Sequence record: OR844650.1
Length of the DNA: 64,000 nucleotides
Reading direction: 5' to 3' (one strand)
Below are positions 51,100 through 61,603 of the stretch, one piece after another. The notes beneath the pieces were generated by a model that did not search any database, was not told the DNA's origin, and saw only the letters and a program-made list of their open reading frames with translations. Each line of letters starts with the position of its first letter. Within the stretch, counting starts at the first letter, position 1. Position numbers and translations under genes: made by a program.

Positions 51100-51453
51100 T
51101 TATTCTTCTTCTCCTGAAGGAGTTCCACGTAGTTTGTCAAAATCAACCCAAATACCATGCTGATTTTTAAATCTACATTTCTCATAGTACCAGCTATAGT
51201 CAGTTTCAACACCTTGTGATATAGATCTAACACTACAATCATACATATTATATAAATGATCCCTGACAATATACGTATTAATCAGAATAACAAACAATAC
51301 AATAATACCACAGACTTTAGGATGATCCATAATCAAATCTAGAACGGAACTCGTTTCAGTACTGTCAATTTTACTACGACCGATGGCAACAGCTTTCAGT
51401 ACTGCTAATGATACCAGTAATGAAATAACAAGAACACTCAAATAAATTAGCAT
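51100..51453 (-). CDS. membrane protein, 2 TM
   Basis: Two hydrophobic segments. Confidence 0.7.
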   Translation of the reverse strand: MLIYLSVLVISLLVSLAVLKAVAIGRSKIDSTETSSVLDLIMDHPKVCGIIVLFVILINTYIVRDHLYNMYDCSVRSISQGVETDYSWYYEKCRFKNQHGIWVDFDKLRGTPSGEEE

Positions 51454-51455
51454 AA

Positions 51456-52037
51456 TTAGACTCCTACACCAAAACGTAAAAGGATGTTATTAACAAACAC
51501 AAAATCAAATGGAGACTTTGGTTCAGATACCGAGTACTGAAAAGTTTCAGCGGAGAAACTTTCCCTATTGTGCCATGTTGATGAATCGATTAGTAATTGT
51601 TTATCACCAATTGACGTTGAATGTAATGGAACGTGTGCTGATGAATTTATGGAATACGCATTTAGTTTTCCTTGTTCATCTAATGTGATACTAAGATAAT
51701 ATTTTTTCTCAATATCAGGAATAAGTTCTTTTGTATACGAATAGATTGAATCAACCCATTCATCATGTACATTTTCTGCACCAATCAGGTGTCCGAATGA
51801 TAAATTACGTTTAACTGGCTTTGATCCTGGTCGAGTTAGAATGAATTGTTTTGTTAAGTAAAAATTATTATGTTTTACTTCAATATTAACATTTTTAAAA
51901 TTCACAACTTTATCATATACATTTCGAAAAACTGTTATATCCCAAGTACTAATTTCATCCATAATACTTATCACCAGTTCTTCTAGTTCTTGGATAAATG
52001 GCAAATCATCCTGATGAAATCTAGTCATGGTTTTCAT
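51456..52037 (-). CDS. hypothetical protein, weak EExxFQxST-like tail
   Basis: SAETFQYSVSEP. Confidence 0.65.
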   Translation of the reverse strand: MKTMTRFHQDDLPFIQELEELVISIMDEISTWDITVFRNVYDKVVNFKNVNIEVKHNNFYLTKQFILTRPGSKPVKRNLSFGHLIGAENVHDEWVDSIYSYTKELIPDIEKKYYLSITLDEQGKLNAYSINSSAHVPLHSTSIGDKQLLIDSSTWHNRESFSAETFQYSVSEPKSPFDFVFVNNILLRFGVGV

Positions 52038-52608
52038 ATACCTTTTTCAAATTCATAATTTCTAGAATGCTGTATTCTTTATCACCAATCAAATCTTCAG
52101 TGAATGCAGTGGGGTCGGCATCGCTATACAACTTACCATTGATGATAACACAACCATTACTAAGATACAATGCACTCATGATCTGTTGTCCTTCTTTCAC
52201 ATTTTGTGCTAGACCTGTATTTGTTACTACAAATCCATTTGTTGCTAATGATGATGTTAGTTCTGACCATTCAACTGATATTAAGTCGCGATAGTCCTTA
52301 GATACTTTTATATTCACAATACAAGCAACTCGTTTAATAGGTGGAGTGCTAATCGTGTACATTTGTGGTTGTTGGTAATTAGAGTTGTATGTTTGTGGTG
52401 TTTTAACAGCAGTTCCTGAATTTTGAGTTGATTTGGTAATTACTGGTTCTACACTGGGGACTGTTGTTCTTAGTGATATAATACGTCCAGTTTCATCCAA
52501 TTTAAGGACTAAACGATGAGTTTCATCCTCAGAGTAATAGGGAAACAAGCCACCGGAATTCATATTTTGAAGCATTTTAATTAATTCATAAGTATTTTTT
52601 AAAAACAT
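52021..52608 (-). CDS. hypothetical protein
   Basis: ORF; likely start MFLK. Confidence 0.7.
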   Translation of the reverse strand: MFLKNTYELIKMLQNMNSGGLFPYYSEDETHRLVLKLDETGRIISLRTTVPSVEPVITKSTQNSGTAVKTPQTYNSNYQQPQMYTISTPPIKRVACIVNIKVSKDYRDLISVEWSELTSSLATNGFVVTNTGLAQNVKEGQQIMSALYLSNGCVIINGKLYSDADPTAFTEDLIGDKEYSILEIMNLKKVYENHD

Positions 52609-52622
52609 AGTACACCCCATAG

Positions 52623-52646
52623 AAAAGGGGAGTACAAAGTACTCCC
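52623..52646 (-). terminator. intrinsic terminator
   Basis: GGGAGTAC-ttt-GTACTCCC followed by T-tract. Confidence 0.75.
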
Positions 52647-52655
52647 AACATTTAA

Positions 52656-53210
52656 TTATAGTTTAATTGATTCTTGAATACCAGTATCCATTGCTTTCTT
52701 GGTACGTGTATCAGATACTACTGTACAAAGGTGTTCAATATTTTCACTTGGAAACGTATTCGAATCAAGAATTTTGGAATTCCAGAAGCCTTTGCGGAAC
52801 TTAGCATAATCAGTACACTGGTCAATTTTCATTTTCTGAAGATTGTTGAACTTTGTACGTCCTGTTTCAATTGTCACCATCAATTCCTGATAAATTTTAG
52901 GATCAAGATTTGGAACCTGTTGTTGAATCTGTGACATTACAAACTTCTGGTCAACACCTTCACGCCCTTTAAAGTATGACTCAATCGTTTCTTTCAACGC
53001 ATTTTTGTACTTATCTGCTACTTGAACCTTATCTTGAATAGTAAGAGTATAATTGCTAAGTTGACTTTCAGATGCATCATAGTACTTTTTAATGTTTCCT
53101 TCAAACTCAACTGCACGATCATGTGCACCAACATACATACTAATAGAACCAAACACCATTAGTACAATAACTACCAAAATACCAATTAACGCAAGGAGTT
53201 TACCATTCAT
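52656..53210 (-). CDS. membrane-anchored LemA-like coiled-coil protein
   Basis: N-terminal TM segment; QQQVPNLDPKIYQELM..GRTKF pattern typical of this phage family. Confidence 0.55.
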   Translation of the reverse strand: MNGKLLALIGILVVIVLMVFGSISMYVGAHDRAVEFEGNIKKYYDASESQLSNYTLTIQDKVQVADKYKNALKETIESYFKGREGVDQKFVMSQIQQQVPNLDPKIYQELMVTIETGRTKFNNLQKMKIDQCTDYAKFRKGFWNSKILDSNTFPSENIEHLCTVVSDTRTKKAMDTGIQESIKL

Positions 53211-54301
53211 AAATCGTTATCCCTCATATAAAGGCCAATGAAAATAGACAGAATCAACAAAACAATGGAAGCACCGATAAGAACATCTTTTCTAGGTTCC
53301 ATTTTTACTGACAAGTACTCAAACTCTTTATTAGAGAGTCTCTCAAACTGTGTGTCAATATTATGTACTTCTTTAACTAGTAAGTCAAGAGTTAATTTTT
53401 CATTTAATGCATCAATACGCATCTTTGCATGTAACTCTTCATTCTTCATTCCTTGTGCAAATGATGTACTGTAAAATTTGACAACGTTACCATCATTGTC
53501 AATACCAAAGAACATAATAACATCATTCTTCTTACCACCACGCCACGATGCAAGGGTAGCATCAACAAAATCCACATCTTTGTAATCATAAACTAGTACT
53601 TGGATGTTTACCTGCTTTCGTGCACCCATCGTTTTTAGCTCATTACGAAGGTATTCATCGTAACCATCAACGTTGTAATTTGTAGTGTTAATTACGTGAT
53701 GTGTTTTGTAATAATCAACTACACTTGGGTATTCTGGAATAGTACTAAGATACTTTTCATCATACATGTTGTGTAGTTCTTCAGGACTAAACAATGAGTT
53801 CTTATCAGCAAATAGATAGTTGATATATGAACTCTCTGCGGCGGCATAGTCACCAATCATAACTTGCTGCCAACGTGGTGGTGTCATTGTACCTTGACGG
53901 TTCACACGTTCAATCTCAAACTCACCTACTGTACTTTTCACATACCAATCAACTTCATATGAGTAATCAAAAACCTTATATGATTCACACTCACGATGTG
54001 ATTTACCTTTACTATCATATCGCGTATGGCACTTCTCATGCCATGTATAGTGCTTACATGAACTAGATTGTGTGCAATATTCTTTGTGGCTGTATTTTGA
54101 AGTTACTTGACCATTCAGAATCTCAACATCATAAAGCTGGCTATAGTTGATTGCGTATGAAATACCAAGAACAAGAGCCGCACCAACCAGACAACAACCA
54201 ATATGAATCAATAGTTCTTTAGTACTGATATGCTTATCGTACATGTATTTCATAACGAATACAACGATAAGAGCAGGTATTAACAGAATAATGAAATTCA
54301 T
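53207..54301 (-). CDS. membrane protein with large periplasmic domain (TPM-like C-terminal part)
   Basis: 2 N-terminal TM and 1 C-terminal TM; WRGGKKNDVIMFFG; paired with the LemA-like gene. Confidence 0.6.
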   Translation of the reverse strand: MNFIILLIPALIVVFVMKYMYDKHISTKELLIHIGCCLVGAALVLGISYAINYSQLYDVEILNGQVTSKYSHKEYCTQSSSCKHYTWHEKCHTRYDSKGKSHRECESYKVFDYSYEVDWYVKSTVGEFEIERVNRQGTMTPPRWQQVMIGDYAAAESSYINYLFADKNSLFSPEELHNMYDEKYLSTIPEYPSVVDYYKTHHVINTTNYNVDGYDEYLRNELKTMGARKQVNIQVLVYDYKDVDFVDATLASWRGGKKNDVIMFFGIDNDGNVVKFYSTSFAQGMKNEELHAKMRIDALNEKLTLDLLVKEVHNIDTQFERLSNKEFEYLSVKMEPRKDVLIGASIVLLILSIFIGLYMRDNDL

Positions 54302-54304
54302 GTA

Positions 54305-54994
54305 TTAATCCATTTTAAGCTTGTTTAGACAGAATGAAATCTGGATTGCTTCACGTGCTGCATCAAACAGTGGGTGATGTAACTCCAACCCATTAATCCC
54401 ACACGTATTTGCATATGTGATAAATTTATCCAACTGTACCGAAACGATTTCATCCATTTCAATACGAGCTTCTTCATTCAATAAACGTTTCAATGTGCGT
54501 GCATTTTCAGGTGCATCATACTGCCACAACTCACCAGCGTTCATTAGTTTTAAATGGTTTGCTTGTAAAATACTACAATCGAAGTTACATCCGTTGCCCC
54601 AGACTGAATGAGGAACTTCTTCACCATAATCATTGTAACGTAATTCTTTCCAGAAATCAACAATACTACTGTATGCAAAAAATCGTCGTGATTGACCATT
54701 CGGTCCATACAGTTCAGGTGCTTTGAGTTTCATAGTACTGGCAACTTCAGAATATGCATTAGGGTATTCTTTCTGACATGTATTCATCCAAAAATCCATT
54801 GCACCTGCGTCTGATTTTAAACCAGCAGCAACTTGATCCTGGTATGGTAATTTAATATATAAGAACTGACGAATGTCATTTTCAGGTTTACTTGGAACTA
54901 CTACTGCTGCGTAATTTGGGATAATAATATCATAACCGGAAAGTTCAGGTGTTCCAAGAGCTTCAATATCAACACTAATATGACGACGTTTCAT
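54305..54994 (-). CDS. DEDDh 3'-5' exonuclease, T4 DexA/Rv2179c-like
   Basis: SVDIEALG, VWGNGCNFD, HHPLFDA. Confidence 0.8.
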   Translation of the reverse strand: MKRRHISVDIEALGTPELSGYDIIIPNYAAVVVPSKPENDIRQFLYIKLPYQDQVAAGLKSDAGAMDFWMNTCQKEYPNAYSEVASTMKLKAPELYGPNGQSRRFFAYSSIVDFWKELRYNDYGEEVPHSVWGNGCNFDCSILQANHLKLMNAGELWQYDAPENARTLKRLLNEEARIEMDEIVSVQLDKFITYANTCGINGLELHHPLFDAAREAIQISFCLNKLKMD

Positions 54995-55073
54995 AAGTTA
55001 GTTCCTTATCTGTACATTAAAAAGAGTGCGTTTTCAATAAGATTATATTAAAAACGCACTCATATGTCAACTA

Positions 55074-56210
55074 TTACTTGTTAGCTTTTTCGGCAATTTC
55101 ACGAAGAGTGTCTTCCAGTTCATAGGAAAGTTGTGCAATTTCCTGTTTAGCACGTTCACGTTCCAATTTACCTTTTTTCTCTTCTTCAATAACTGCTTCA
55201 ATACTGTCAATCATCGTTTTATGTACATTACGCAAGGTTTTAATATCCACAATACCACGGTTGTTTGCCTTTGCTGCATCCAACATATTTGCTGCAACCA
55301 TTTTAGAGTTAGTTTCCAAAAGACGGTTTGTCTCATTATCAATTAGATTGCCTAGTTCATTATCCTTACGTTGACGCTCGGAAATCAACTGTTCAGCCAA
55401 TTGAGACTTCCATGCTGGAATAACAACGGATTTTAAATCTTCAAACTTAGAAACAGTGTTCAAGTTTACTTTTTTCATACTCATCAAGCGTGGACCACTT
55501 AGTTCGCACATCATGATAAGACGACGAATCTTATCTTCTTGTTTAGAAAGTGCTTCACAAATCATTTTTTGCTCTTGAATAGCAAAAGAGTCTACATTTT
55601 TGTCTGCTTGCATTTCTACTAATAATGCATCTTGTGTTTTAGTCACTTCTTCTAAACCAACTAATGTATCACGCAATTCAAACAAATATTCTTTGTTTTC
55701 ATTATATGCTTTATCAAGCCATTCACATTCTCCGTGCTGGCGATTAATACCAGTTTGAAGAGTTTTCATAATTTCGTCAATTTGCTCTTTACTGTTTTTG
55801 TACTGATCACCTACTTTCTGTTGAGCATTAACAAAGAATTTCTTAATACGACCAACAATTGATTTATCTTCTTGAAGACTGTCAATATCAACTGCACGAG
55901 TCAACGTAAGAATTGTGGTGATTGATTTACCAAACTCGGTATTGTCATCCGTTACATTAACTTTAGACATAATTTCATCAGCCAAACGCCCAACAGCAGC
56001 ACCAGCAGTTGTACCAACAGTATTGATGTTTTGAACTGTTAGAGACATAGTATTTCCCTTAACATCTTTCAGTACTGGTAGTGATTTTGTAGTTTGGTTA
56101 AAAATATCACTTGCATCAATTGTATGACCTTTAGTCGCAGTTTTAGTAGTACGTTTTGCTGATTTAGCTGCGGTGGATGCTTTTTTAGGATTGATTTCTT
56201 TCTCGGACAT
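55074..56210 (-). CDS. toxic anion resistance protein, TelA-like
   Basis: Helical coiled coil; IVGRIKKFF, SGPRLMSMKKVNLNTVSKF, IPAWKSQL. Confidence 0.75.
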   Translation of the reverse strand: MSEKEINPKKASTAAKSAKRTTKTATKGHTIDASDIFNQTTKSLPVLKDVKGNTMSLTVQNINTVGTTAGAAVGRLADEIMSKVNVTDDNTEFGKSITTILTLTRAVDIDSLQEDKSIVGRIKKFFVNAQQKVGDQYKNSKEQIDEIMKTLQTGINRQHGECEWLDKAYNENKEYLFELRDTLVGLEEVTKTQDALLVEMQADKNVDSFAIQEQKMICEALSKQEDKIRRLIMMCELSGPRLMSMKKVNLNTVSKFEDLKSVVIPAWKSQLAEQLISERQRKDNELGNLIDNETNRLLETNSKMVAANMLDAAKANNRGIVDIKTLRNVHKTMIDSIEAVIEEEKKGKLERERAKQEIAQLSYELEDTLREIAEKANK

Positions 56211-56295
56211 TTAGTATTCCTCGTTTAATTTAATATGATGTGCTGCTCTGTGATAAACATTATACGGACAGCACGTATGATAGTCAAGTATTTTT

Positions 56296-57423
56296 TTACT
56301 CTTTGTTACCATATGCCAGATTACGAATAATTTCTACAGTACTCTCATCCACAGCTTTACCTGTCTGTGATTGTAAACGATTGATAATCAAAGGAATAGT
56401 AATAGTTTGAATATCTACCATACGATTCATATCAACTTGATATTGCTTACTTGTTGCAATAATGCTCGTTTCAGTCATGGAGGTGGTGATTCCCATTTTC
56501 ATAATACGTTCTAATGTTAATTCATATTCAAACGCATCATCCACACAACGTAGTGCGTATTCACAACCCAACTTACCATATTCAAGTTCATTTTTGATTT
56601 CATTAACTTCGTTTCTAAGTTCTGAAAACATGGTACTAAGACCACTAAACTTATTAGTATCGTACTTAACTGCTTCATTTAGTGCTTTCATCACTTTTGG
56701 CAAATCTGATGGTTGCACTTTGATATCAGTTTTACCAAACAATTTCTGCGTAAAGGTCGGCTTCAATGGGAACAACGTTTCCAACGCAACAGTAAGGTTA
56801 TTCATAAGCATTCTAATATAATCACTATGCTGTTGTAATGCTGAGTTAAGATCCAATTGACGTTCTGAAATTTGTTGAATCTTAGTCCCAATTTCTTGTG
56901 CACAAACTGGTAAGTTTACAAACCAGTCTAGTACTTTTACTGAATTCTTTTCAATAGTACTAGGGAATTCAACCCATCTTTCAATGTCATCAATTCTGCT
57001 ATCGTCTGGGTTGATAGGTTTTTTCTTAAGAACAATAGGTGCAGGTACATCTGGTGATGTTTGTACCAAGTCTAAACGTGGTTTGGCACGACCTTCTTTC
57101 CATTCACGATATTCACGCTCTAATGGCGGTACTGGCATGTTAGGATCAATTCTAATATTACTAAAATGAATTTTATCCTTCATTAAATCAAGAACTTTCA
57201 GACGTTTATTATCAAAATAGATTTCATCTAATGACAGAGTTTTTACATCAAATAACGGATTACCCAGCGAGTCATAGGTGCGACGTACAATTACATTGTA
57301 AATGTATTTTTTGTTTGATGAACGGTCATATTGTTTCAATAAAGAGTTCAGTACATAATTATAGTTAAATTCTTGAATCTCAACTTCTTTGCCATTTTCA
57401 ATGAAAAAATATTTACCTTTCAT
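56296..57423 (-). CDS. second TelA-like protein with an extra N-terminal domain
   Basis: C-terminal half PTFTQKLFG..QTITIPLI parallels TelA. Confidence 0.5.
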   Translation of the reverse strand: MKGKYFFIENGKEVEIQEFNYNYVLNSLLKQYDRSSNKKYIYNVIVRRTYDSLGNPLFDVKTLSLDEIYFDNKRLKVLDLMKDKIHFSNIRIDPNMPVPPLEREYREWKEGRAKPRLDLVQTSPDVPAPIVLKKKPINPDDSRIDDIERWVEFPSTIEKNSVKVLDWFVNLPVCAQEIGTKIQQISERQLDLNSALQQHSDYIRMLMNNLTVALETLFPLKPTFTQKLFGKTDIKVQPSDLPKVMKALNEAVKYDTNKFSGLSTMFSELRNEVNEIKNELEYGKLGCEYALRCVDDAFEYELTLERIMKMGITTSMTETSIIATSKQYQVDMNRMVDIQTITIPLIINRLQSQTGKAVDESTVEIIRNLAYGNKE

Positions 57424-57464
57424 TATAAAACCTCATAATCAATTAAAATTTACGCTATGGTGAT

Positions 57465-57493
57465 ATTGTACATACTTCGACTACACATGTCAA
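57465..57493 (-). promoter_or_regulatory. sigma70-type promoter TTGACA-17-TACAAT
   Basis: Near-consensus. Confidence 0.75.
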
Positions 57494-57504
57494 CACCTGA
57501 AAAG

Positions 57505-57534
57505 AAAAAAGGACGCACCTTAGTGCATCCTTTT
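57505..57534 (-). terminator. intrinsic terminator
   Basis: GGATGCAC-taag-GTGCGTCC-T6. Confidence 0.8.
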
Positions 57535-58338
57535 GTTACTTTTATCCTTGTACCATACAAATGTCTTGACAGGTGGATATTTTTCATTCTTTGGTGGTTC
57601 AGGCATGTCGTATACAGTTGCATTTCTAAACTTAAGAATGTATGTGTCCATTAAACGGATTATACAATAGTTTAAACATTTTTGTGCTCTTTCTTTCCAA
57701 AAATGTTTATATGGTTCTGGACAACCAAGATAATCAAGTTTATACATACTCATAGCAACTTGCATAAATCTTTGGGCCGAGAATTTTCGCTTATCAATCT
57801 TACTTGCTCTGTGTTGGTCACATGTCCAACTTGATACACCAGGCAAGTGACAAAACAAATCAAAACTAACCATACTATCAAAGTATTTGTTATGACCATG
57901 TAACTCACCATAAAATACAGCTTCTGACACAGTATCATATAATGAGAAATTTGAATGTATATGTTCATTATCAAAAATACTTTTTAAATCTTTATAAGTT
58001 TCTGGAACAGGTGGCTCAGGTAATACTTCACCGAATACTTCAACACACCATATCTTCCATAAACCTTTTGTAAATTTATTTTCTAATTCTCTATCACTAT
58101 CAATATAAAAAGTTTTTTCATTTATGAAAACTTTTCTAGCCATGTATGCTTTAAAAATTGCATCTGGATCAATGTCTTCACGATTTACATCATCCCAGCC
58201 TTTACCAATTCTTGAAATTTCAAATCTACGCATATACATACGACATGCTAAATCTTTAGTAAGGCTGCGACGATACTTTTCATCCTGATGTAATTTGGTT
58301 GTTTCGTGAAGAGATTTAAGCATATTTAAAATTCTCAT
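57520..58338 (-). CDS. hypothetical protein, 272 aa
   Basis: Long ORF. Confidence 0.75.
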   Translation of the reverse strand: MRILNMLKSLHETTKLHQDEKYRRSLTKDLACRMYMRRFEISRIGKGWDDVNREDIDPDAIFKAYMARKVFINEKTFYIDSDRELENKFTKGLWKIWCVEVFGEVLPEPPVPETYKDLKSIFDNEHIHSNFSLYDTVSEAVFYGELHGHNKYFDSMVSFDLFCHLPGVSSWTCDQHRASKIDKRKFSAQRFMQVAMSMYKLDYLGCPEPYKHFWKERAQKCLNYCIIRLMDTYILKFRNATVYDMPEPPKNEKYPPVKTFVWYKDKSNKRMH

Positions 58339-59015
58339 CGCAACACCAAATATTTCCCGTTTCTTCCAATTACATATTGATCACCACTTCGTAGTACTGT
58401 ATAGCTTTCCCCTAGTATGGAACTAAGACGCGAAGTGTCTAATTGTGTATCATTCTTTAATAACTTTTTCACATATGTTTCTGAAACAAAACCGCTTCCA
58501 GTACTGTAATGTAATTTACCATATGCTGTTTTTAATGTCAACATGTTTCCTTCTTTGATTACTGAAACACCAGCATAATCAAGGAACTCACTAATTGAAC
58601 TAGGAATACCCAAATCAATTCTCTGCTGTATTTCTTCAAAATCAACATCGATTGGGTCATTAACACCATATAGTTGTATTTTCCAACCTGGGTCTGGACA
58701 AATATTTTCAATAGTTTTAATTAAACGTAAAAGTTTTTCAGGGAATTCGGCATTTCGTTCCATTTCAACATAAACTTGATATCGACCATCTAAATTTGGT
58801 GTTTCTGCTGCTTCTGTATCAGCTACATCAATAGGTGATTTTTCAATAAAAGAAGATAAATCATATGCTGCATCAAAATTGTTAAGTACCTGAAACATAA
58901 TAACAATATTACTATCTTCAATTTTAGGAGTATATTCATCAACACTAATGATAGGATGAATCAAATCTTTGAGAACTTGCGGACGTAAGCCTTGTTCATT
59001 TAATTTCTTTTTCAT
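58335..59015 (-). CDS. conserved jumbo-phage hypothetical protein
   Basis: LNEQGLRP..DLIHPIISVDEYTPKI..AAYDLSSFIEK. Confidence 0.75.
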   Translation of the reverse strand: MKKKLNEQGLRPQVLKDLIHPIISVDEYTPKIEDSNIVIMFQVLNNFDAAYDLSSFIEKSPIDVADTEAAETPNLDGRYQVYVEMERNAEFPEKLLRLIKTIENICPDPGWKIQLYGVNDPIDVDFEEIQQRIDLGIPSSISEFLDYAGVSVIKEGNMLTLKTAYGKLHYSTGSGFVSETYVKKLLKNDTQLDTSRLSSILGESYTVLRSGDQYVIGRNGKYLVLR

Positions 59016-59578
59016 TACATTCCACCTTCTTGTGTCTCATCCGTTACTTCTACATCTAAATCCACATCATCACCAGTTACAGGTTCTTCAATATTCTCAG
59101 GAGAATTCATTGGATTACTATTGAATTCTGCTGCCATTAGTTTATATTCATCAAAACTTTCTGGATTAATCAAGTTTCGTGGAATCTGCACTCTAACCAA
59201 TAGTACTGGGATTCTTTCATTTTTTGGTATACGTACAGAGCCAGATTGTGTCGCTACACTTTTCATGTCAGCTTGACGATTTGGTTCTTTAATAGGAGTT
59301 ATTTCATAATCAGCTTTAACATATACTTTAGTTCCATGTTTCTCTAAAATAGAGAATGCGGTAGGATCGGGAAAATTTTCACGATAGTATTTAAATGTAA
59401 CAGTACACCAATACTTACTTACAATTGGCCCCTCTACCAACTCACCCTCAATAATTCCTTTATACGCATATAAATCATTATCATCGAAATATTTCTCTAC
59501 AGCAAGAAGTATATCTAACATACCACTGTTATCATACAACTGCTGAATAGCATTATCTGTATAATCTAAATCGTCCAT
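59015..59578 (-). CDS. conserved jumbo-phage hypothetical protein
   Basis: VEKYFDDNDLYAY..GELVEGP..SKYWCTVTF..PDP; TAAATA upstream at 59616-59621. Confidence 0.75.
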   Translation of the reverse strand: MDDLDYTDNAIQQLYDNSGMLDILLAVEKYFDDNDLYAYKGIIEGELVEGPIVSKYWCTVTFKYYRENFPDPTAFSILEKHGTKVYVKADYEITPIKEPNRQADMKSVATQSGSVRIPKNERIPVLLVRVQIPRNLINPESFDEYKLMAAEFNSNPMNSPENIEEPVTGDDVDLDVEVTDETQEGGM

Positions 59579-59639
59579 ATTTTATATTATCCTTAAAAAC
59601 TAGCACATATAATACTATTTACTACTTTTAAAATACAAC

Positions 59640-59662
59640 AAAAGGGGTTTGAATCAAACCCC
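59640..59662 (-). terminator. intrinsic terminator
   Basis: GGGGTTTG-att-CAAACCCC followed by T-tract. Confidence 0.75.
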
Positions 59663-59674
59663 AATTTAAAAGTT

Positions 59675-60301
59675 TTATTTGTAATATTTACCTAGTACTG
59701 AATAAATTTTCAGTCTAAGTTCTGTCCAGTTTTCGATATATTCAAAACCACTATGATTCTTATACATAGTATTATGAGAACATCCCATCATAACTGATGG
59801 AATACCAAGACCCATAGCAGTTTCAATATTATTGATATAATCATCAATCATTAGTTTTACATCATATCGTGTTTGTAAATCCTCTAATGCTTCTTTCTTT
59901 GATTCATTCATTTCTATGATAATAATCTCATCAAAGCAGTTTTCACCAAATTCACGCATTAGATTTACATTTCGTAAAACTTCACCATAGCCTTTTTTAC
60001 CACATTTTGTGAGTACTACGAATTTTTCTTTATGAAAACGATCACGTAGCTCTTGTACAATATCAACTGTATTTGGTTCGACTGGCTTTAACAACCCAAA
60101 CAAATATGATTGTTGGTTGAACTGTCCAAGAATCTTTTTAACTTCAGGTTGAGGAACACCCAACCAGTCTGATAAATCATATTCTAATGGGTATGGTGTT
60201 GATGGTGTGATATTATAAGTTTGTTTTACAAACTCAGAAAGCATACCCATATGGTCCAATAGAACTTCATCACAATCAAAAACTATACAACGTGGTTTCA
60301 T
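59675..60301 (-). CDS. HAD-superfamily 5'(3')-deoxyribonucleotidase
   Basis: Motif I FDCDEVL, motif II VVLT, motif IV MIDD. Confidence 0.8.
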   Translation of the reverse strand: MKPRCIVFDCDEVLLDHMGMLSEFVKQTYNITPSTPYPLEYDLSDWLGVPQPEVKKILGQFNQQSYLFGLLKPVEPNTVDIVQELRDRFHKEKFVVLTKCGKKGYGEVLRNVNLMREFGENCFDEIIIIEMNESKKEALEDLQTRYDVKLMIDDYINNIETAMGLGIPSVMMGCSHNTMYKNHSGFEYIENWTELRLKIYSVLGKYYK

Positions 60302-61254
60302 TACATGTTCCCCGAACAAATTAGGTCAATCTCACACAGTAAAGCACTAAGATTCATTTCACGGTCTGATACTGTTGCTTGCTTAACAACTGCATCACGA
60401 ATTTTAACTTTAATCTTCATCAGTGTGATTTCATCAGTACTGAACATTTCAGCATTACGATACAGATAAGAAAAGAATGCATCCATCTCATCATCAGGGA
60501 TATTTTGTACAATTTGTTCACGCATTTGGCGAATGTTTCCTGCCTTTAATGCTTCAACAATTGCAGTACGATACCCTGCTGAATTTTCAATACTATCTTC
60601 AAGTTTTACTAGCTTACCATCAACAACTGAACTTTGCAATACGTTTAGTGTTTTACGGAAATCAGGATAGGAAGCATTGATATACTTTTGAACTTGTTCA
60701 ACACTATCATCACTACTCAAATCAACACCTTCTGCTAGAAGAATATTATAAATTCGAGTCATGAATTGTTCCATATCATGCTTTTCGATTGTAATAACTT
60801 GAACACGAGAAATGATAGGTTTTTGAATTTTATGTGGTTCGTTACTTGTTAAAATAAAGCGAGCGTTTTCATGGTAGTCTTCCATTACACGTTTCAAACT
60901 ACCTTGTGCTTTATGGTTCATCTGCTCCATTTCTTCAAGAACAAAGATACGATACCTACCAAAACATGATAGCTTTGCTGCGGCATCGATTTTATCACGA
61001 ACTGCATCAATACCCTCATCCGACATGTTAAGCGTAGTCACATCACTTGGGTCAAGGTGTCCATTCTGTACCAATCCATTAATGAGTACTTTGATCGCAG
61101 ATGTTTTACCAGTTCCTGCTGGGCCAAAAAACCCAATATGTGGAATGTCACCAGTTTTAATCCATTCTTCCATTTTCTGGCGTAGTGCATCATTTTTTGA
61201 TACATAATCTTCCATTGATTGTGGGCGATATTTTTCAGTCCATAGTGTGGTCAT
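60301..61254 (-). CDS. sliding-clamp loader ATPase subunit (T4 gp44/RFC small subunit-like)
   Basis: LWTEKYRP, Walker A GPAGTGKT, Walker B-like FVLEEME, PIISRV (SRC-like). Confidence 0.92.
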   Translation of the reverse strand: MTTLWTEKYRPQSMEDYVSKNDALRQKMEEWIKTGDIPHIGFFGPAGTGKTSAIKVLINGLVQNGHLDPSDVTTLNMSDEGIDAVRDKIDAAAKLSCFGRYRIFVLEEMEQMNHKAQGSLKRVMEDYHENARFILTSNEPHKIQKPIISRVQVITIEKHDMEQFMTRIYNILLAEGVDLSSDDSVEQVQKYINASYPDFRKTLNVLQSSVVDGKLVKLEDSIENSAGYRTAIVEALKAGNIRQMREQIVQNIPDDEMDAFFSYLYRNAEMFSTDEITLMKIKVKIRDAVVKQATVSDREMNLSALLCEIDLICSGNM

Positions 61255-61277
61255 TTTTATTTCCTTATGTGTACGTG

Positions 61278-61550
61278 TTATAGAATCCAATCGGCTGAAT
61301 TATATAATAAAGCCGTGAAAAGTTCTTCTGTCATTTCCAATTGATTTAATAAAAAATTAAAAGAATTTGCCTTATTTTTAATCCCAGTACTTTCAGCTTG
61401 GGCCGATGCAACTAATAAAACTTTAAACATATCATGTGAAACTTCATATACATATTTGGTATTTTTTCTATCTTCAAACATGAATCTTCCGTTTTTAGAT
61501 ACTAATGTTACATCCTTGAAACTAAATTTTCCATCATCAGTTATCATCAA
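61278..61550 (-). CDS. hypothetical protein
   Basis: 90-aa ORF. Confidence 0.65.
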   Translation of the reverse strand: MMITDDGKFSFKDVTLVSKNGRFMFEDRKNTKYVYEVSHDMFKVLLVASAQAESTGIKNKANSFNFLLNQLEMTEELFTALLYNSADWIL

Positions 61551-61603
61551 AATCTGTCCAAATAAAAAGCCCAGATATTCATCCGAGCTTTAATTATATT
61601 TTA

